Of a stretch of DNA of 64,000 nucleotides, positions 1-13,727 are shown piece after piece. Location of the stretch: NCBI GenBank assembly GCA_951406725.2, contig OX597828.1, forward strand, positions 58,838,001-58,902,000. Reading direction: 5' to 3'. Within the stretch, counting starts at the first letter, position 1. Every line of letters begins with the position of its first letter. A program made the translations under genes and the position numbers. The stretch is from Octopus vulgaris (taxonomy: Eukaryota). The notes beneath the pieces were generated by a model. The model searched no databases. It was not told the origin of the DNA and saw only the letters and a program-made list of their open reading frames with translations.

Positions 1-896
1 TTGTGTTTACAGAGACACCGTGTTGCAGTTACAATACTTATTGTTATTATAATAACATTGTGGCAAAGTAAGTTGTCCTTACATTTCATTATTGTTTATC
101 TAAGGCAGGAAAACTGAAAATAGTAATACATATTATAGAACAGGGGTAGGCAAATTTGCTTAATGTAAGAGCCACATCCAATGAGGTCCAGATGCTCGAA
201 CAAAATGTACATTGTGTTTACATCTGTATATGTGTCTGTGTTTGTGCCCTGTAACTTAGATTGGAAAAAATAAGTATCAGACTCAACAAATTAAATACTA
301 GGATTAATTTGATTGATCAGATACCTTTACGTACATTTAAGACCCATCATTCCCTTTTTTTGTTTTTTTCCAGATTTTTTCCAATTTTGTGTTTGACTAA
401 TTCTATCTGGTACAATTTTACAAAAAAAAAAAGACCCCCAAGAATTATTTTTAACTCCCCTCCCCAATCCTTAAAGTTTGAGATTTAATTGCATTTCTTA
501 TAAAAATTTACATTTTAAAAGTGGATATTACAAATATGTCATTTGTCTCTTTTCATAATTTCAAATCAACTTTTGAAATTGAAACAAAACTTTGTATGCA
601 CATACATGCGCACATGTACGTGTGCATGTGAACTCACTCATCTTTTTAGCTGCATGGATGCATGAAATTTTGCTTAAATTAAAAAATTTGAAATTATGTG
701 TAACAAATGACATATTCATTATATGTACATTTAAAAATGCATATTAAAATAAAACTGCAAAAAATCTCAAACTTTAAGAATTTTAGGAGCAAATTTTAAA
801 AACTTAAAATTAAATGTATTTTCCTAAAATTGTATAAGATAGAGTTCATAGAACACAAAATAAAAAGATATTTCAAAAAAGACTCAAAAGCAAGAA

Positions 897-897
<1 letters not shown>

Positions 898-980
<83 letters not shown>

Positions 981-1064
981 CATCCATCCATCCATCCATC
1001 CACCCACCCACCCACAAAAAAACCACCCATCCATCCATCCATCCATCCACCCATCCATCCATCC

Positions 1065-1136
<72 letters not shown>

Positions 1137-1137
1137 G
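898..1137. repeat. (TATC)n/(CATC)n compound microsatellite
   Basis: Direct reading; explains spurious ORF 830..1186. Confidence 0.95.
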
Positions 1138-1149
1138 CTACATGTGGAA

Positions 1150-1660
1150 AAACCGGTGTGTGTTTGTTTGTGGCATTGTTATCTAACTCCTCCTACATCG
1201 TTTTATTGATTTTGATGAAACTTGACATGTGAGTAGAACTCATGTCTGGAAACCTCGTGACATACTTAGATTGTTGAAAAAAATCGATAATACGGCCCCT
1301 GGAAGAGACCTTTATATCTACCTCATATAACTATTTTTTAATCACCCAAGGGAAATAACCCATACCATCTTCACAATATTTTTGTAAAAAACTCCAGGAA
1401 AATAATCAATTTCCTTGTTTATGTTCGATTACTTTGTATATTGATTTTTGTGTGTCCAGTTACTAATTTTTGCAGACCATATCACCTCTTTACTTTATTT
1501 GACACGTGAGTAAAACTCATGTCTGGAAACCTCGTGACATACTTAGATTGTTGAAAAAAAAAATCAATAATAGGGCCCATCCAATGGATCCTCCTATCTA
1601 CTACATATTACTAATATTTTATTTAAACAACACAAAGGAAATAGCCCATACCACCTGCAG
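1150..1660. mobile_element. Possible Helentron/HINE-like non-autonomous element with an internal ~277-bp duplication
   Basis: gacaygtgagtaraactcatgtctggaaacctcgtgacatacttagattgttgaaaaaa at 1224 and 1501; aactcctcc...gattttgatgaaacttg motif resembles HINE/DINE-1-type elements (recalled, not searched). Confidence 0.4.
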
Positions 1661-2054
1661 TTTTTAGTGAAGCGATCAATATTTGATTCTCAAGATTAGC
1701 CGACCTAATTCTGCCTTTCACTACTCACAGTTTTGAACTGCCAAACATTATTGCACTTCCTTAATTTGAATCTTCAACATTCATACATTTCTATACATAC
1801 ATACTTTTTTGAGTGCCCATTACTCTGATAATTCTGCATTTTTACAGTTACACTTTTTCCATGACAGTAGATAATTTTTTTCCAAAGCGTATTTGTAGTG
1901 GCTTCATGCAGGCATAGCGTGAATTTGATCCTTGATTGCCAAATTTCCCTTAACACTTCAACAGTGCTTTTCTCATGGTGAAACAATAGTTTTTCTGTGA
2001 ACGACAACCTCTCTCGCCAACCTCCAAAAACCTCTCTCAATAACCTCCAACAAT

Positions 2055-3223
2055 CTCTCATACCAGGACATGGCTTCCGTCCTGGAAGGAGCTGCCTAAC
2101 ACAGCTATTACAGCACTTCGACTGGATACTAAAACAACAGCTCAACCATTCAGATGTGGATGTGATATATCTTGACTTTTGCCAAGGCCTTTGACAAAGT
2201 CGATAATGGGATGATATATCAAATATTGCGTGACCTCTGTATCGCTGGTAGACTGGGAGAGTCGCTGCATGATTTCCTGAAGGGCAGAAGTCGGCTGTCA
2301 TAGCAAATGGTGCTCTCTCTGAAGTGACACGAATCCTCCGTGGAGTCCCTCAGGGAACAGTGCTGGGACTACTGCTGTTTGGTTGCTCGCTCGGATATGC
2401 TCTCGGCCATAGGGTCAGCCACACTCACCAGCTACACTGATGATACAAAAGCGTCGCAGGTGGTCAAGGATCCTAAGACTGCAGACTGGCCCGAACGCAA
2501 TATATAAGTGGGTTGAGGAGAATAATATGCAGTTCAATGCCGCAAAATTTCAAGCACTCCGTTATCAGCCCACAAATAAACTACAACTGAACTACACGGG
2601 ACCAGCAGACCATGTAGTTCCAGAGTTAGAGTCGGTGCGCGATCTGGGGATCCACATGAGCAACGATGCAACTTTCCATGTGCACATTGCTCAGATGGCA
2701 TTACTATGCAGGCAGGTTGGATCCTGAGATCTTTCGGGATCAGGAAGAGACACACACTGCTACTGCTTTGAAGAAACGCTTTTCTCAGTCGTCTGGACAA
2801 CTACTTCTAATTGTGGTCATCGCAGAGTGCAAAACTAATTGCGCAACTAGAGGCTATCCTGCACCACTACACAAAGAAGACAGACTCAGAAAAACACATG
2901 GGCTACAGCGAGAGGTTAAAAGAACCAGGACTCTACTCCCTGGAAAGGACACGGGAGAGATATGCAGTGCTATACATATGGAAAATAATGGAGGATCTAG
3001 TTCCAAATTTTGGAATCGAAAGCTACAACAAATCACGAACTTGACAGCACTTCTCAGAACCAAAGGTATCATCTTCGCCATCGAGGATACGAACCCAATA
3101 TTTTAATAGCTTGGGATTCAAGGGACCACAACTTTTAATGACCTATCACGGAACACCATGGATCTGCGATGTGTGGACATGGCAGTCTTAAAAAAACCGC
3201 TAGACAGTCTTTATCTGCAATAC

Positions 3224-3227
<4 letters not shown>
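2055..3227 (+). mobile_element. Degraded CR1/L2-group LINE, RT to 3' end
   Basis: HGFRPGRSCLTQLL, DVIYLDF.KAFDKV, GVPQGTVLG, YTDDT, YSLERTRERYAVLYIWKI in shifting frames; followed by (TA)n. Confidence 0.9.
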
Positions 3228-3303
<76 letters not shown>

Positions 3304-3383
3304 TTCAGATGAATTAGGTACTTAAGTTGAGGCATCAGAATTTAGTACGGTATTATCCATACAGTTTCAAAGTAAGGTGATTA

Positions 3384-3573
3384 AAATCAAAATGAGCAAC
3401 AGGATATCCAAAGGAAATGCAGTACGATCGTTTCAAGCGACTCCATTTAATTGAACAATGCAATCATTACATCATGCATTTAAATTGATGTAATGATTGC
3501 ATTGTTTAATTAAATGGAGTTGCATGAAACGATCGTACTGCATTACCTCTGGATATCCTTGTTACTTATTTTG

Positions 3574-3577
<4 letters not shown>
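3384..3577. repeat. Imperfect fold-back palindrome (~90-bp arms) between (TA)n tracts
   Basis: 3384-3474 is reverse-complementary to 3486-3577; each arm carries GAAAC-GATC-GTA, like the 3' half of a hammerhead. Confidence 0.85.
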
Positions 3578-3636
<59 letters not shown>

Positions 3637-3994
3637 CGTCTCAACGCAACGTATCAGCTACTGGGAAATATTGAAAGAATTAGTTTGTAAGTGTTATACT
3701 AATGTTCTCTAATGCAAAACATGAAATTGAAAAGAAGTGTGATTTTGTTTTTCAATGCAAAGCATCGAAGTTACACAGTATAAACATGGACATGTTCACA
3801 CACACACACACACACACACTTCCTCAAGGGATTCTCTCCAAAATTGGATGTTTGAGGGTAAAGCGGAAAATTTGCATTTTTTATTCCAAACGTAGCTCCT
3901 CTCTACGAATGTTCAGAACTACATTTCATCAAAAACTTCTTTCCAAAGTTGAATGTTTAAAAGAAAAGCGGAGACGGTACATTTTGTATTCTGT

Positions 3995-5790
3995 GCGCCT
4001 GCATCTAACGAAGACGACTGCTTCTCTGACCTGGGCCGCCGACCATCCCACTGGGCGCCGACTCCTGACCAGTTCCAAGCAGTCGATACTTTTTGCGGGC
4101 ATCTGTCAACGTGTTGTGGACTGGTTTAACGTTCGCAGGCGTCCCAAGACATTTGAACATCTCCCTAGTCGAACTCTCGACCCTTTGATGTCTCAAAGCC
4201 GCAAAAACATTATCATAAAATAAGCAGACCTGGGCGGAGCCGTGGTGGTGTGGCGCGCAGACTTCTACAAGGCTGAAGCTCTCTGCCAACTTCAAGACAC
4301 CTCCTCCTATTGCCCTCTGCCTTCCAACCCCACGCTTAGCTATCAACAGACTGTGTCCTCCACTATCCATGACCTCATCTCATCCTCCCGTCTCCCTCCC
4401 ACCGCCCCCAACCTCATTTTCCTCACTTCTCGCATCCGCACCATTTACTTCCTTCCCAAAATCCACAAACCCAACAACTCTGGCCGCCCCATCGTCTTCG
4501 CCTGTAACTGTCCCACGGAACTGATCTCAAAATACCTTGACCGTGTCCTTGCCCCATAGTGGCTTCCCTCCCCTCACACATCCACGACACTAACCATGCT
4601 CTTCATCTTTTCAACTCTTTCTCCTTCCCTCCTGGCCCCTCTAAACTTCTATTCACTCTTTATAACAAGAGTCTATATGCATTGATCCCACACCACGAAG
4701 GGCTTCTTGCCCTCAAACACTTCCTAGACCTTCGACCCAACCTCTAACCTGACATGTCCACACTTCTTTGTCTGGCCGAACTTGTTTTCTCCCTCAACTG
4801 TTTCTCATTCGCGGGGGCGGATTACCAAGAGGTCTCGGGAGTGGCCATGGGAACGAGTATGGGCCCCAACTATGCAAACCTGTTCGTTGGCTACGTTGAC
4901 GCCCAAATATTTCCAAGATTCACTGGTCCCACTCCCGAACTATACGGTCGTTATACTGATGACTATCGGTGCAACCTAGCTCTCCCGTGAACAACTAGAC
5001 TCCTTCCTCTCCTTTGTCCAATCCTTCCATCCTGCACTTGAATTCTCCTGCACTATTTCCAACACTTCCGTCGCCTTTCTCGACATTTCGGTCAATATAC
5101 ACAACTCTGCTTTCACTACTTCTATCCACTACAAATACACTGGCTCACACTCATACCGCAACTTCTCCTCCTCCCATCCTACCCACACCAAGTTCTCCAT
5201 CCACTACTCCCAATTCCTCCGTCTGCGCAGGCCCTGCAGTGACAACCATGACTTTGAGACTCAGTCTCAACTCATGGCTCGCTACTTCATCCTTCGTGGA
5301 TATCCTCTCACCACTAGCTCGTTCCTCTGCTCCCGCCAACGCTGGCACACTTGCCCCTACCTCTCCAACATCACCATCATCACAGGCACCCATCATCGTC
5401 CCTATCATATCACTGACTCCTTTACCTGCACTTGTAGCAACATCATTTACTACATCTGCTCTTTCTATCCTCTGTACATCAGTCAAACGGGATGCCACTT
5501 GGCTAACTTGTTCACGGAGCACCCCCGAGTCATTAGACTCGGCAATGACACCCTGGTCTTGTGCCATTTTCACTCTACCAGTCATTCATTACAACACCTG
5601 TCTGTGTTTGGATTGTCTTTGCACATGAGCCATCCAGACTCCCGCCTTCGCCGTGAACAAGAATTAATCCTCTCTCATCGCTCCTTTGCACCATATGGAC
5701 TCAACCCCCCTCTTCATCCGACTCCCCTCATCTCCTCTCTTCATCTGACACCTACTTCCTCTCTTCACTCCTAACCACCTTCTCCCTTCA
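3995..5790 (+). mobile_element. Degraded Penelope-like element (RT + GIY-YIG)
   Basis: IIK*ADLGGAVVVW, YFLPKIHKPNNSGRPIV, GVAMGTSMGPNYANLFV, RYTDD, FTCTCSNIIYYIC..YISQTG; stops and frameshifts. Confidence 0.9.
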
Positions 5791-5957
5791 TTGATACCCC
5801 CTCCATTCACATTGTTTTGATTGAATCATGCATTATCTTGTAGCTTCAAGATTACAATGCTTTGTTTGTATATCTTTAAATTGACATTGAAGGGTAGTTG
5901 TGAGGGGATGGATCTGATCAGTTATAATATAAAACAGGTCGAATATTTGAGCTGTAT

Positions 5958-6083
5958 ATGGCCAGGTTAAATGCGAAAGTGTTAAGGCTAATGATTTTAT
6001 ATTTTGTATTTTACATGCTATTGTATTTTGTAATTTATGGCAGGGGATTGACAGAATCATTAAAGTATCATAAGAAATGCTTT
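5958..6083 (+). CDS. Candidate first coding exon (type II membrane anchor) of the HtrL-like gene
   Basis: MARLNAKVLR then hydrophobic LMILYFVFYMLLYFVIY; AG acceptor at 5937-38; phase-0 GT at 6084 would join the phase-0 exon at 10928 (weak donor). Confidence 0.45.
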
Positions 6084-6152
6084 GTAGGCTTTCCCCCAGC
6101 TCTTTATGTTCTGAGTTCTAATCCTATCATCTTTTGGGGGTTGATAAGACAA

Positions 6153-6495
6153 AGGGTAAACACCCCCTTTGGTCATGAATTACCATGAGATTGCATCTAG
6201 AAAGTTCCCCTCCAAGGCACAAGTCTGGACAAGCTTGTTTATGGGAGACCAGCAGTCGCCCATGCATACCAGTTTCCCCTCTCCATGCCACCAATGTTGT
6301 CCAAGGGAAAGGCAAAGGCTGATACAGCTTGGTACCAGTGATGTCGCAGCTCATTTCTACAGGTAAGTGAACTGGAGCAACATGAAATAAAGTATCTTGC
6401 TCAAGAACACAGCACACAGCCTGGTCCTGGAAACGAAATCACTACTTCATGATTGCAAGCCTGATGCTATAACCACTGAGCCAAGTGCCTTTGCA
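6153..6495 (-). mobile_element. tRNA-derived SINE
   Basis: Minus-strand head tggctcagtggttatagc...gatttcgtttccaggacc, then tgtgttcttgagcaagatact body. Confidence 0.7.
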
Positions 6496-6785
6496 ATAAA
6501 GCACCAGTAGAAGATTGGGCTTGATTAGATTGACTCCCTTTCTCCCCCAAATTTCAGGCTTTGTGTCTATATTAGAAACTATTATATTTTGTAATTTATA
6601 TATTGTATTGTGTTTGTAATTGATATAATTATATGTTTTGTGTCTGGGCATGTTTTGCCCCTGTGGTAACATTCAGAAGGATAATTGTAAAATATATAAT
6701 TATTACCATCACAGTTGAATGTAGTGAGACAGGTACAGCAAACAGCAGCTGTAACAGCCACAGTAGCAGCAGCAACAGCAACAGT

Positions 6786-7331
6786 GGAGGTGCAATGGCT
6801 CAGTGGTTAGGGCAGCGGACCTGCAGTTGTAAGAACGCGGTTTCGATTCCCAGACTGGGCATCGTGAGTGTTTATTGAGCAAAGACATCTAAGCTCCACG
6901 AGGCTCTGGTGGGTGGTGGGTGGTGGGGTGGTGGTGAACACTGCTGTACTCTTTCTCCACAACTTTCTCTCACTCTTTCTCCCTACTTCTGCCACAAAGC
7001 AGAGGAACTATGGTGTGGTAAACTTTCAGACCATATCCTCTATACCCCAGGATGGTTCAGCTCTCCACCCGTTAAAAGCCACCGTTTACGGAATGAGGAT
7101 AACAACGTAGCTTTCTTGCCTGTGCAACCGCCATTCTATCGCATGTGGTGGGTGGATCTTCAAGTTGCCACACGCACTCTTAGTAGCTTAGAGTAGGATC
7201 GAATTAGAGATTATTCTTTGTGGCTAATGGCGTGAGTCCTGATTGGAAGAAGAAGAAGAAGAAGAAGAAGAAGAAGAAGAAGAAGAAGAAGAAGAAGAAG
7301 AAGAAGAAGAAGAAGAAGAAGAAGAAGAAGA
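6786..7331 (+). mobile_element. tRNA-derived SINE with (GAA)n tail
   Basis: A-box tggctcagtgg, B-box ggtttcgattccc; co-linear with 39408-39871. Confidence 0.85.
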
Positions 7332-7515
7332 AACAGCAACAAAAGCAATAGCAACAACAACTATTACACAACAAAAATGAATACAACAAATTGGAAAGAA
7401 AAAAAAACAAAGGCAAATAAATAAACAAACACAAAATGCAAAGTTGGAAAATTGGGAAAGAAATGCGTTTCTGCAGGTAAACAAGAAGAGAAACCTTTAT
7501 TTTTGTTGTAGAAAA

Positions 7516-7566
<51 letters not shown>

Positions 7567-7969
7567 TCACGCTGATTGAAATACTGACCCTCAACCTTTT
7601 ATTGCGATGAAGGATTTAGATATAAAACTGGGAGTGGAGAAATGTAAGGTAAGCAAAGAGGAATTAAAGACTGACCCAATATTGGCAGACTCAAAGAAAT
7701 GGAATCTCTTGATCTGCAACTAAAATCTCAGTGCTACCAATCTCATTGACGGTGACAGCCTCAGTATGGTTGGTCAGTCTGCTAGAAATAGCAATAAAAT
7801 CTCATGCCACAATATTATTTAGTCTTCAAATTATTATGGCTAAAAAAAAAAAAAAAAAAAGAACCTCAGCCAAAAATGTGCTGTTTATTAAGTATTCTGA
7901 CCTAGGGCTAAATAAATCAACTTATTGAGTTGAGGGAGCTTCTGTCTCTTTTTTATCTTTTGCTTGTTA

Positions 7970-8200
7970 CGTAAAAAGCATTGGTGTGGGCACCGGTGTC
8001 ACATAAAAAGCTCTAGTGATGGTGCCACGTAAAAAGCAGCCTGTACATTTTGTGAAGTGGTTCGCATCAGGAAAGGACATCCAGCTGTAGAAACCAAGCC
8101 AAAACAGACTATGTAACTTGGTGCAGCCCCTAGCCTTGCCAGTTCCTGTCAAGCCGTTCAGCCCATGCCATTATGGGAAACAGGCATTAAATGTTGATGG
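7970..8200 (+). mobile_element. SINE 3' part (same family as 11760-12090 on -)
   Basis: gtgccacgtaaaaagca repeats, catcaggaaaggacatccagctgtagaaac, tail ggcattaaatgttgatg. Confidence 0.6.
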
Positions 8201-8554
8201 TAGTGATTATGATATATATAGCACGGTAGATTTGGCTTTTTAAAGTAAGTTAAATATCATTTGTCAGAGAACTGCCCAGAGCAGTTAAGAATAAGTACTG
8301 TCAACCCTTCCACTGGAGATCAAGCTCTTTACTGACTCAAGTATTTATATTACAAACTAGGCTATGGCAAGAAGTGACTTAACTCATGTTAGCAAACTTC
8401 GAAATTGGTAAAAGTTATGGTTGAAAATAGATTTTACCGCTATCTGCAGGAGAAAAAGTAAGTTGACAAAACCGAGGTAGAATGGTGACGAATGTCCTCC
8501 TAAAATTGGAGCGACATGCGTGCTAATTTGTGGACGTGCATAAACTACATTCAT

Positions 8555-8632
<78 letters not shown>

Positions 8633-9337
8633 CCTGCCTTTTATATATACAGATATTGATATTATATTGCAAAATTTGAACAGTCTACTGTTATAATTTC
8701 TCTCTAATTATTATTATTTCTTATACTTTCCATTAGTCAGGACTTCCTGCTTCAAAACTGAATTGAACCCAAAATATTTATATATGCAGCCAAGAGAAGA
8801 TGTGGTCAGTAATCTTAGTGTTTATTTTGCGGGGAAACAAATGTAACATATCTGAAAGGAGAAAATGTTTTATCTTGAAAAATATTCTTCCTTTACAAAT
8901 CATTGAAAATTTAGTGTGAATGCATCTTGTTTGCTTGTGTCTTTTCTAGATGATCTGCAGTAACTGGACATTACTGACATGGATGTTGAGATTGAATTGC
9001 AAGAGGGTTGAGTATCTCAGACACAAATGGTAAATGCCATTGAGATGTGCCTGTGGCTCACAAAGTTGGTGTTTAGCTTTTGCTTTTGGCATCAACTTAT
9101 TTGCTGGATAAGACACCATCTATCATGACTAACATTCTGTAATAGGTATCAAATGACCTGACTCCTCTCTTTCTTCACATCTAGGTGAAGTGAGACACAT
9201 GTATCCAGCCCAACTGATGCCTTTTGAATGCATAAACTAATATGTTAACTTTTCAGTTATTTTATAGACACAGAATAGCCGAGAAGCTAACATTAGTTTA
9301 CCTGTTGAATAGGTCATTGGACATTGATGGATGCATG

Positions 9338-10370
9338 TGTAAACGACCGTGCGAAGGAGGGGGTGATGAAAATGGGCTCCTTTAGTACACCACACGGTCG
9401 ACTACAATAAATACGAAAAGTATGAATGAGTACAAGTGCCTGAAGGAAAAGAGAGACACAACCGGGTAGAATGTTAAGAGAAGATTTTATTTATATGTTA
9501 AAATGTGTGTATATGTGTTATATATACATAATAATAGACAGGCTGTCAGGTATACAAAGTGTATGTGTGTGCATTAAGTACAGAGCAATGAAAGAGTCTA
9601 TAATATAACTTTAGAAGAATGTTCAGACACAAGGATGATAGATTCCAGTTCGTAGTCAAGGTATACGTTAGTTGAAGTGCTGTAACAAGAAGTCGAGGCT
9701 GCTATGCAGAGTCGGTTGAGGCACATGTCATGTAAGAAGCTGTGGCTACTATGCAGAGCCAGTTGAAGTACATGTCATACGAGAAGTTGTGGATACGATG
9801 CAAAGCTGGTCACTTGATACAGGAAGTTCTCGAAGGTTGTATTTGCTGTTAACCATGGTGAAGTAATTCACAAACAGTGCTGCGATAGAACCTGTGTGAG
9901 GGTAGCTTGTTGCTGTGTATGTAGAGAGATGTTGACGATGTTAAGAAGACGGAGGCGACAAAGAAACAGACTGCCGTATGCTGTTGGATGAGTGTTGCTG
10001 CGTCTCCATGTGGCTACTGTTGTGTTGTCGCTGGAACTGGTTGTGTCCTGTGTGGTCAGTGACTAGACCTTAAGAGGTCTTGAAACCAAAGACCTCGAGA
10101 CGGTGTGAAGTTAGCATTTTATCCTGTGCAATCGGCTCACCGGAAGTTTTGGAAGAGACTGTCTCACGTGACCTTATCAGAAGGCTGTGATTGGTTGGAT
10201 TGGATATTGGCGCACAAGAGAGCAAGAGACAAACTGCGCCAATACTAACCAGTCAGAGTAGTGGACACAACAGGGTCCAAAAGGGCAGCCGAAGGTTAGC
10301 TGTTATTTACTACATCCATATTTGTGTATATATAACAGAAAGAGAGGAATTTTCCTAAGCGTACACTACA
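9338..10370 (-). mobile_element. Solo LTR (Gypsy-like)
   Basis: TGTA...TACA ends with a 4-bp CATG duplication on both sides (9334-37, 10371-74); AATAAA and CCAAT-like motifs on the - strand. Confidence 0.75.
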
Positions 10371-10927
10371 CATGCTTAAAATATGACTTATATTAATATA
10401 TAACATCCACTGGATTCATTAGACACATGTGGTTTCTTATATTGTAAATAAAAATCATAGTAAGTGTAATGAATTCAAACCTTATCATGAATCATATCTT
10501 GGTAAAATACATAATTTAAATTTTTCCAATAACTTACAATTTTATGTCACAGCTGGAGGATGAGTGCCCAAGTGTGTACAAGTAGCTGCTCCAATTATAT
10601 GTAAATGGCTAAATTTACAAAAAAGGAAAATAAAAATGAAAATATATACATAATTGAATGTGAAAAAAATTCCACTTCTTTATGAAAGGTTTAGAATTTA
10701 TGAAATAAGTATAATTAAGTTTCCTACACTGTCCATACTATTTGTTCAGCTAAATTTTTGAATGAAGTTTGAAGCTTTGAGAATTATTAGAGAGAATTTG
10801 TGACATTTCTACCTTTCCTATGTTTGTAACATTGTGGAGCTATTACGAGTGGGAATTAAAATTTAGTTTTAGAATTTATATGCAATATAAATAATTTTTA
10901 CTTCAGCAATATTTTCTTCTGTTTCAG

Positions 10928-11394
10928 GTTTCAATGTCTATGAAGGAAAAACTCAAAGCATTTGAACATTCTGAAAATGTGACACTAGTTACAGCTTATT
11001 TCCAGTTAGACACCTTTAGAAAGGGTGGAAACAGTCATGTAAACCCCAAAGTATATAAAAAGTGGTGTTCTGTTTATTCTCGGATTCTCAATCCAGTAGT
11101 TTTCTTCACATACTCTCCAGAGATTCTCTCAATGTTTAAAAAACTGCGATCACCAAGTTTAAATAACTTAACTAAATTGATCCTCGTTAATAGAACAGAC
11201 TTGTGGGCATTTAGTCTGAAACCACGAATTGCTAAAATTTTCAGTCAAGCTGATTATCCAAAATTCCATCCAAACACTGTGATACCTGACTATTCTTGTG
11301 TGATGCATGCTAAATATGAGCTACTCAAAAAGTTTATCCAACAGAATTATTTTCACACAAACTTTTTCATGTGGATTGACTTTGGATATTTTCG
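10928..11394 (+). CDS. HtrL/YibB (WlaTC)-like predicted glycosyltransferase, coding exon
   Basis: tttcag acceptor, gtaagt donor (phase 2); VTLVTAYF, PDYSCVMHAKYELL, YFHTNFFMWIDFGYFR motifs. Confidence 0.8.
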
Positions 11395-11509
11395 GTAAGT
11401 GTTATGTATTTAAATAATAATTGTTTTTATTTATTCAGTACCTATGTCTGTCTACATATTTATATATATCTAATATAAATTTCTATACTTAGTTATAATT
11501 CAAATACTT

Positions 11510-11750
11510 ATTTAAGGGGTTCCTCAAAGCTCTGTCCTTGGTCCTTTACTCTTCTTATAGTATATATATATATCAATGAATTACATTCTATCAAACAGTA
11601 TAGTTTATCATTTTGCAGATGATACAAATTTAATCTACAGAGAAGTCATAATAATAGAAAAGTTATAATAAATGGATATAATCGAGATTTAAGAAGCTTT
11701 TACCAATTTGTCTGCCTCTAATGCAACAAAATCAAAATTGTTCATTACTC
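11510..11750 (+). mobile_element. CR1/L2-group RT fragment (intronic)
   Basis: GVPQSSVLGPLLFL, YINEL, HFADDTNL. Confidence 0.7.
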
Positions 11751-11759
11751 TAAAACAAG

Positions 11760-12090
11760 TACCATCATCATTTAACGTCTGCTTTCCATGCTAGCATAGG
11801 TTGGACGATTTGACTGAGGTCTGGCGAACCAAACTCCAATCTGATCTGGCAGAGTTTCTACAGCTGGGTGCCCTTCCTAATGCCAACCTTTCCGAGAGTA
11901 TAGTGGGTGCTTTTACGTGCCACTGGCACGAGGGCCAGTTTGGTGGTACTGGCAACGGCCATGCCCAAATGGTGCTTTTTACATGCCACCTGCACAGGAG
12001 ACAGTCTAGCGACGACCTCGCTCGAATGTTTCACGTGCCACCACCATAAGTGCTAGTAAGACGACGTGGTAACAATCACGCTCGAACGGT
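11760..12090 (-). mobile_element. SINE fragment
   Basis: Reverse complement of the 7970-8200 family. Confidence 0.6.
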
Positions 12091-12140
12091 GTGCATATTT
12101 AGATATTATAATGAATTGCTAGGAGCTTAATTTATGCACG

Positions 12141-12242
<102 letters not shown>

Positions 12243-12841
12243 AAATATATAAAATATGAATTAGAGATAAAACCACCATTAGGCAACTCAAACAGTGATA
12301 GACATAAACCAATGCATAAATAACAAATAATATATAATTAATATAATATATATAAATTTTTCTTTTTTTTTCCAAAAAGTATAAAAAGAATGATAAATAT
12401 AATATAAGTAATAAGTAATAAGTAATTCATATTATATATATATATATATACACACATACACACAGCATATGCACCCCTACACACTTGCCCACATCTACAT
12501 TCCCCTCCCATGTGCAAATTTAATTAGCTACATATGTGTTGATAAGCTTCATGCACAATAGATGTAATTGATTGACAAAGTTGTAATTGGTTAAAAGGTC
12601 AAAAATAAAAGGACAAAATGAACAAAGATAAAACCAAAATAAAACCAATGGGTATAAGATATGTAAGTATAAGGTAAGGGGTTCATAGGGATGTTCTTGC
12701 TGTACATATTGAGAAGGGGACTAACGTTTTAAAACATACTTGGTGGCATCCAGAAGGGATTCATTTTCGACACTTTTGGCATTCTTAGAGTGACCAAGGC
12801 TTTAAAGGAAGGTAACTTCAAGGCAAGGTTTAACAACCCTA

Positions 12842-13070
12842 GGCGGCAAGCTGGCAGAAACGTTAGCACGCCGGGTGAAATGCGTAGTCGTATTTTGTCT
12901 GTCGTTACGTTCCGAGTTCAAATTCCGCCGAGGTCGACTTTGACATTCCTCCTTTCGGGGTCGATAAATTAAGTACCAGTTATGCACTGGAGTCAATGTA
13001 ATCGACTTAATCCGTTTGTCTGTCCTTGTTTGTCCCCTCTGTGGTTAGTTCCTTGTGGGTAGTAAAGAAA
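12842..13070 (+). mobile_element. tRNA-derived SINE family A (Meta-like central domain)
   Basis: ggcggcaagctggcagaaacgttagc...gagttcaaattcc...cctttcggggtcgataaattaagtaccag. Confidence 0.85.
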
Positions 13071-13495
13071 TATATTTTTTCCTTTTGAGACTGGAGCAAG
13101 CATAAAACTGAAGCTCTCTAGTTATATATAGGCTTGAAAAGAGAAAGCCACCAGCCACACCATTAACTGGAAAATCAATGCTGTCAAAGATTAAGCCCTG
13201 TGCTAATGTAAGCTTATTTCAGGATGGAAGAGGTCAAATGATTAAGAGAATGTTTGGAGGTCAATTACTGTTCAGTAATAAAACTTCAAAGTGCGGCAGC
13301 TGACATTCAACTTGATTAAGGTATCGAAATCTGGCATCATGATGACACAGAATGCATCCTTTCTTTATATAATAGATATAAAATAATGGCTTCAAATTTT
13401 GGCACAAGGCCAGCAATTTCAGAGGCAGGGATAAGTCGATTACATTGACCCCAGTGCCCAAATGGTACTTATTTTATATTTTCATTTTTATTTAA

Positions 13496-13727
13496 GGCGG
13501 CGAGCTGGCAGAAACGTTAGCACCCCGGGCGAAATGCTTAGCGGTATTTCGCCTGCTGCTACGTTCTGAGTTCAAATTCCGCCGAGGTCAACTTTGCCTT
13601 TCATCCTTTCAGGGTCGATTAAAAAAGTACCAGTTATGCACTGGGGTCGATATAATCGACTTTATCCGTTTGTATGTCCTTGTTTGTCCCTTCTGTGTTT
13701 AGCACCATGTGGGTAGTAAAGAAATAG
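13496..13727 (+). mobile_element. SINE family A, nested in an older inverted copy
   Basis: Same sequence as 12842; flanked by repeated ggtacttattttat. Confidence 0.85.

Noticed and set aside
5014-5628. Ser/Thr/Pro-rich ORFs (204 aa +, 144 aa -)
   Set aside because: Alternative frames of the C-rich Penelope remnant
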